Positions 59,178 through 64,000 of a stretch of 64,000 bases of DNA are shown piece by piece. The stretch is taken from assembly GCA_047495785.1 (NCBI GenBank), contig JBLDXI010000011.1:496001-560000 (forward strand), written 5' to 3'. Origin of the DNA: Lepidodermella squamata (Eukaryota; Animalia; Gastrotricha). The notes beneath the pieces are model-generated. The model saw only the letters and a program-made list of their open reading frames with translations. It searched no databases and was not told where the DNA came from. Each line of letters starts with the position of its first letter. Position 1 is the first letter of the stretch. A program made the position numbers and the translations under genes.

Positions 59178-60419
59178 TTTTCCGAGACGAAATATTTTAT
59201 TTTAACTGATTTATAGTTTAATAATTTGGACAATCAGTATTTACGCGGCGACGTGTGAACGGATGTTGGCAAGTGGGCGGAAAAGCCGGCTTAGCGGTTT
59301 CGCGCCCCTCGATTCGAATTTTATTCAACTTTTTTCTGCCTCATTATTTTCAGGTCAAGGCGCTATTTAGCAGACTCTTAATTATTATTACTTGATCTAT
59401 TTTCGAGCAATTTGTTGCTAAGAACGCGTCGGTTGCTATGGGCCGCGAATCGTTAATTATTCGCAAAATTTCTCTTAAAACGCACTGAAAAATAACAAAA
59501 AAATCGAAAATAATATTGGTAAAATAAATTAAAAGTAGGGAATAAATTCTAGAAATAAATTAATTATTAGCCTAATATTAAAAAAAGTGTAACACCAAAA
59601 CCGGACTGAGCTCGGAGGCGGATGTATTTATTTTACATGAATAAACAAACGATTTGTGAGATACCGGTCTCATTTTCTCGGGGCATGATTTTTTTCCTAT
59701 AATATGCTGTTGCATATAATTTCTTCTGATATATTAATAATACAGGAAGATGAGATGAGCGAAGATGAGCGCTGATTGCGCGTTGAATAATTTAGTGCGC
59801 AAATCGCGACACGCCATGGTGACAAGTGTTTTTTTTCCTGAGGCGGAATAGCCGGCTCGTTGGTTACAGCCCATCGTCGCAAATTCATTGCATACATTTG
59901 AGATCATCGACATGCTAGAATTTTTGCTTTAAATAACTCAGACTAATTTTCATACCTACAGACATTTGTCTCACAAGCTTGGATCAAGCGTTTCGAGCTT
60001 CTGAAATTGTTAAAAATATAGAAAAAAAAACTTAAATTTTTTCATAAATTTCAAATAAAATTTAGAAATTTTAGAAGTTTATTTTCCTTGTATAAAATAT
60101 TCAAGGAAAATTAAATTCTTCTTTTTATTATGATTTTTTCTTTCGAAAATTATGAATTTAGCGTCTTTGAATTTTTATAATTTTCTGGAATAATTCTTAT
60201 GGTTTTAACCTCGAAAAAATGAGAAAATAATTTAGCCGTTAAATTACGTCACTTAACGATATACCTTCATGGTAGAACAATAGCCATGTAACCTTTTGGA
60301 ACGTGCCTTTTCACGTATCGTGTTAATAGAATAATTGATGTCTTAATTTTCAAGGTTTCTCGCGAAGCCCGAAATATCACAAACTTTTCATGAATTTTTA
60401 GCTCATTTTTTCGGAAAAA

Positions 60420-63161
60420 ATGGCGCTATCGCAAGAAACTATGGCGCTCATCCGTGAAGCGTGTCGGCAGGAGGCGCGATCAGCCGTAGCCGAATCCGGG
60501 TCATCACTGCCCGGCGACGCTTTCGCATCGGCTATCAGCGAATACGTCGCGAATGGGACATTTCACTCGGATGTTTGGCACGTCGAACTGGCGCCACTCA
60601 GGCGGAACCTAAACACATTTTTCCTATTGGTCATGGGATTTTTCGTCTATTGTGAGTATCGAAATTAATTAATTTAATTTCTTTTAATTATTTTTATCAA
60701 GACATGGATGTTGGATTTATGCTACTCGAGGTCGGCCTCATTCGGACGAAAAATGTGACAAACGCCCTATTGAAAAATGCGTCATATGCATGTAAGAATT
60801 AAGAAAAAATCTTTTGAAAAAATTCAAATTTGAAATTTCAGTCACCCAAGCTCTTGGCTACTGGGTCATGGGCTATGCGATCAGTTTCGGTCGAACGAAT
60901 TCACGCTTCGTTGGATCTTCACACTGGGGCTGGAAATTCGACCCAGACGTAATTATTTTTATAATATTAAAAAATCTTAAATTTATTAAATTTAAAATCT
61001 ATTACCCATTTTTTCAAATTTTTGGCCTCAAGTTTTGAATTATCTTTAAATTATTTATTCCTTATTTTTTTGGAATAATAGGTCCCAGACTATGCTTTCT
61101 GGTTTTGGCAATACGTTTTCGCGTGCACCAGCGGCGCCATTCTGACCGGCGCCATAGCCGAAAGAGCGCAGCTAGTCGGCTATTTGATATACACCATCTG
61201 GGCGTCGGCCTTCACGTACCCTTTCGTTGTTCACTGGGCGTGGCATCCTGAAGGCTGGCTGAAACTGGGCGGAACTTACAACCTCACGGATGGCAGTGTC
61301 GCCCAAATTGGCTATGAAGATTTTGCTGGGTCGGGCGTTGTTCACATTTGCGGAGCTGCAGCAACACTAAGTGAGAACAAATTCACGATTAATTAACAAA
61401 ATGACTCGGAAAATTTGGAAAATTCCTAAAAATTGAAAAAAATTAAAACTCGAACTTTCTCAAATTTATTCGATTTTTTTGAATTTTTTTAAAAGAAAGA
61501 TTGATGTTGCTATACTTTTTTAATTAATGAAAAATTCAAGTTTTTTAAAAAGAAAATAGTGTTAGCTCATTGTTCATTGTTTTCTGTTTTATTCCGATTT
61601 TCCAGTTTATATCCTGGTTCTTGGGCCGAGAATTGGGAGGTTCAAGGCGAATGGCGAGTCGAACGATATGCCGGCTCACAATTTGACCCTCGTGACCATC
61701 GGCTGCATGATTCTATTCACTGGCTTCTTGGCGTTCAACTCAGGATCACAGGCTACAATTGGCAATATCGGCGATTACTTGCCCATAGCAAAGTAAATTA
61801 AAAAAAATCAGAAAAAGCTAAAATCGATCAATTTATTTCGAATTTAATACATTTTTCCATTTTTTCAGTTTTTGAAAAAAATGAAAATTATTAAAATTTA
61901 TTTTGAAATTAAAAATTGAAAAATTAAAAATATTTTCAAAAATTTCTTTCTTATTTTTATATTTTCAATTTTCAAATAATTATCCAGAGCCGCAGCCAAT
62001 ACCGTGCTAAGTGGAACTGGTGGCTATCTATGCGTTCTTCTCGCCTACAAAATCTACTACAAACGCTGGTCTCTGATCGGTGGGCTGTGCGGCGGCCTCG
62101 CCGGCTGCGTCGCCATTTGCGCCCCAGCCGCCGTGGTCGAGGGCTGGGCGGCGTTCTGCATCGGCATCATCGCCGGCCTCATGTACATGCTGCTGTCTTA
62201 CCTGTTGCGAAAGGCGAAAATCGACGATGCGGTCGACGCGTTTCCAGTTCATTTCGGCGGCGGGTTTATTGGCGTGATATCACTGGCTTTTTTCAAAATC
62301 GATACCGGCATTTTATATGCCTGGAACGAAAAATCAGGCTATGTAAGTTCGAAAATTATTCTTAAAAATAAAATTCAGGATTATTCGAGGAAATCGAGAA
62401 TTTTTTAACATGTTTAAATTAAAAAATTGAAAATTCAATTTTAACATTTTTATTAAATTTTTTTTTAATTTACAAAATTAATTTGAGTTTAATTTAATTT
62501 TTTACAGATGTTGGCGTGGCAATTATGCGGAGCTACAGTGACTTTTGCTTGGGCTCTGGCCAGCACGTACATTCTATGCATAATTCTGAAGCTATTCAAC
62601 CTACTGCGGGTCGATCGAGATACGGAACTTGCTGGTCTCGACTACGGCCATGGCCATGAAGAGGCATACCCAGCGGCTGGCTATATCGAAGGAATCGTGC
62701 CTGAATTGCTGGCTACAAGCCAACAACGCCAAGTGAGTTTCAAATCTATGTAATTCTGAAATTTCGAAAATGTCAATTTCAATTTTGAATTTTTTGAATA
62801 AATTTATTTCCCAAATTTCGAAAAAAATGTAATTTTTTAAAATGTTAAAAAATCAATTTTTTCACATTTTTTTCAATTTCAGGTCACTGAGGACATTGAG
62901 CCCTTGGGTGCTTATGGCGCCTATCACCCGTGGCCCGGGCGCAATAAGGACTGGTGCCTAGCTGATGCGAGTCGCTGCTCAGTCACGGTGCGAAAAGCCG
63001 GCTACAACGCCGAGAATAAAGTGGCCAATAACAGCGGAGCCGAAACGCCCATTCCAACTGCTGTTCTCGTTGATGGGCATCATGATAAGAAACCGACCAC
63101 CGAGGGTAAAATCATCCCACCGAGAACACTGCCGCCAATGACGGATGCGACGCAAGCCTAA
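60420..63161 (+). CDS. amt: Ammonium transporter (Amt family), 8 exons
   Basis: GFMLLEVG, FWQYVFA, GAIAER, YPFVVHWAW, DFAGSGVVH and IDDAVDAFPVH; both pore histidines are present. Confidence 0.95.
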
Positions 63162-64000
63162 AACAGCGACAAAAAATGATGGGCATCGCTGTATAAAATA
63201 TGCAATAATTTTGTAACCGAACTTGCGATATATATACTCAGCCTTTTCAATTTTTTATTGCAATGATGATGATTATTTTTCACAATTTATCAAAGCGTGA
63301 TGTTATAGCACCCGTAACCCGAGTGAAATAAAGAATCCCGTGCATGAAATTCGGACATTCAATTACTCCAAGAGTCTTATCCTATGAAAAACTGAGCGTT
63401 CATTCTTATATCAGAAGAAGTTGTTTGTAGTTGAAGTTTCGCCGAGTGACGAGGCCCAAAGAGAGGTACCGTTGTCTTTTGCTATCTCAGGCTGGGAAGC
63501 GATAGAATTAGGCGGCAGATAAGAGAAATGACCACCACATAATGCTCGAAAGAGTTTATTTTTCCAAGGGAAAAATATCTCATAAGATATATAACTTACG
63601 GCCAGTTTCCTATTCTTATCTCCACAGAAAATTTTGGCGATTTAACATCGTAGGGAGACTAAAGCAAACCTTTCCAGAGTGCGAAGTACAGGAGGTACGG
63701 GCAAGGGTACGGGGGTATCATACCCGCAGGATGAAACCATTGTTGGTCCGAACATTAGCCTAAAATAATCCAAAAGTACCCCCGGCTCGAGAATCATACC
63801 TCGTGCACTGATCTTTTCTAATGCGTCCCGGCCACCTAAATCTGTTGGTTGAGTTTACTTTTGCTAAGCCAGAACAGATTACACCGACTTGATGAATTCT
63901 AGCATAACTTGTGTTAAGCTGTTGAACCAAAATCAGCGCATTTGTATCATTTCAGCTGTTTAAAACTGACTTTCGAACTAAAATGGCGTCTACACCTTAC

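Overview
Eukaryotic, most likely invertebrate animal, genomic DNA with spliceosomal GT-AG introns; the species cannot be assigned from sequence alone. The left half (1-34 kb) is repeat-rich. It is dominated by one 6-exon, minus-strand gene (10360-31903, about 580 aa) encoding an RGG/acidic N-terminus plus tandem BRCT repeats (53BP1/Crb2-like). Its 12-kb intron 4 holds a same-strand nested 4-exon secreted Cys-rich gene, several MITEs, and a 4.36-kb Mutator/NOF-FB-like element (292-bp TIRs, 9-bp TSD) that encodes AT-hooks and an OTU deubiquitinase domain. A tandem partial duplication (about 2.3-10.06 kb) copies the last BRCT exons and the nested gene, and a deletion-riddled myosin II fragment lies at the window start. 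The right half (35-63 kb) is compact and gene-dense. It contains an operon-like SLC16-type transporter, methionyl-tRNA synthetase and SAM synthetase trio; a short Cys-loop channel; a SINE; a two-domain Ly6/uPAR protein; a Cys-to-Ser cathepsin L-like protein; an intronless bacterial-type double-DUF1566 gene (horizontal transfer candidate); a NEK-like pseudokinase with many ankyrin repeats; a GALNT; a secreted pseudo-trypsin/CCP/ankyrin mosaic protein; and an Amt ammonium transporter. Exon structures were reconstructed by hand from splice sites and phases, and family assignments come from remembered motifs, not database searches.
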